Shown here piece by piece: positions 63,979-64,000 of a stretch of DNA of 64,000 bases (within the stretch, counting starts at the first letter, position 1; every line of letters begins with the position of its first letter). Made by a program: the position numbers and the translations under genes. Origin of the DNA: an uncultured Pseudomonadales bacterium (GTDB lineage: Bacteria; Patescibacteriota; Microgenomatia; UBA1400; PJMF01); assembly GCA_964574595.1 (NCBI GenBank), contig CAZNOF010000003.1:80280-144279 (forward strand), read 5' to 3'. The notes below the pieces were generated by a model. The model worked only from the letters and a program-made list of their open reading frames with translations, ran no database searches and was not told the DNA's origin.

Positions 63979-64000
63979 ACCAGCATTTAGGACTGCTCGG

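Noticed and set aside
1-64000. CRISPR arrays, rRNA and tRNA genes
   Set aside because: No regularly spaced direct repeats were found and no cloverleaf-compatible sequences were recognised in the intergenic spacers by eye. This cannot be excluded without tRNAscan/Infernal.

Overview
This window is a gene-dense, moderately AT-rich stretch of bacterial chromosome, read by eye with no tools. Three features suggest a reduced-genome Patescibacteria/CPR (Saccharibacteria-like) organism, though this is inference and no rRNA was seen: many small membrane proteins, weak Shine-Dalgarno signals, and Q/P/A-rich linkers inside housekeeping proteins. Three blocks are visible.

(1) 1-16.7 kb holds housekeeping and envelope genes: ATP-dependent DNA ligase, Fic, HPRT-like PRTase, YjeF-C dehydratase, recF, SpoIID/LytB, uppS, an amino-acid-kinase (IPK-like), and an ECF sigma/anti-sigma pair flanked by two paralogous membrane-anchored proteins.

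(2) About 10.3-45.7 kb is a roughly 35 kb locus for a type IV secretion-like, Gram-positive-style apparatus. It contains ten paralogous TrbC/VirB2-like T4SS-pilin proteins, eight of them in one tandem array. It also has a 1167-aa secreted protein with a lysozyme-like C-terminus, a VirB6-like polytopic membrane protein, and four large unannotatable acidic or coiled-coil proteins. The rest are a 1464-aa giant protein (42-aa tandem repeats, Gly-zipper TM block, C-terminal M23 peptidase), a PrgI/VirB3-like protein, and a VirB4/TrbE-family ATPase. No relaxase, coupling protein or integrase is present.

(3) Immediately downstream is the replication origin region: dnaA flanked by DnaA boxes, dnaN, then rpmH-rnpA-yidD-yidC-jag co-directionally. 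These are followed by an RNase H-like gene, a DUF4012-like giant membrane protein, rplY, valS (short form), a methyltransferase, and a TrmB-like regulator. A highly structured 500-bp intergenic region follows, and the window ends with a four-repeat protein.

No CRISPR, rRNA or tRNA was recognised by eye.
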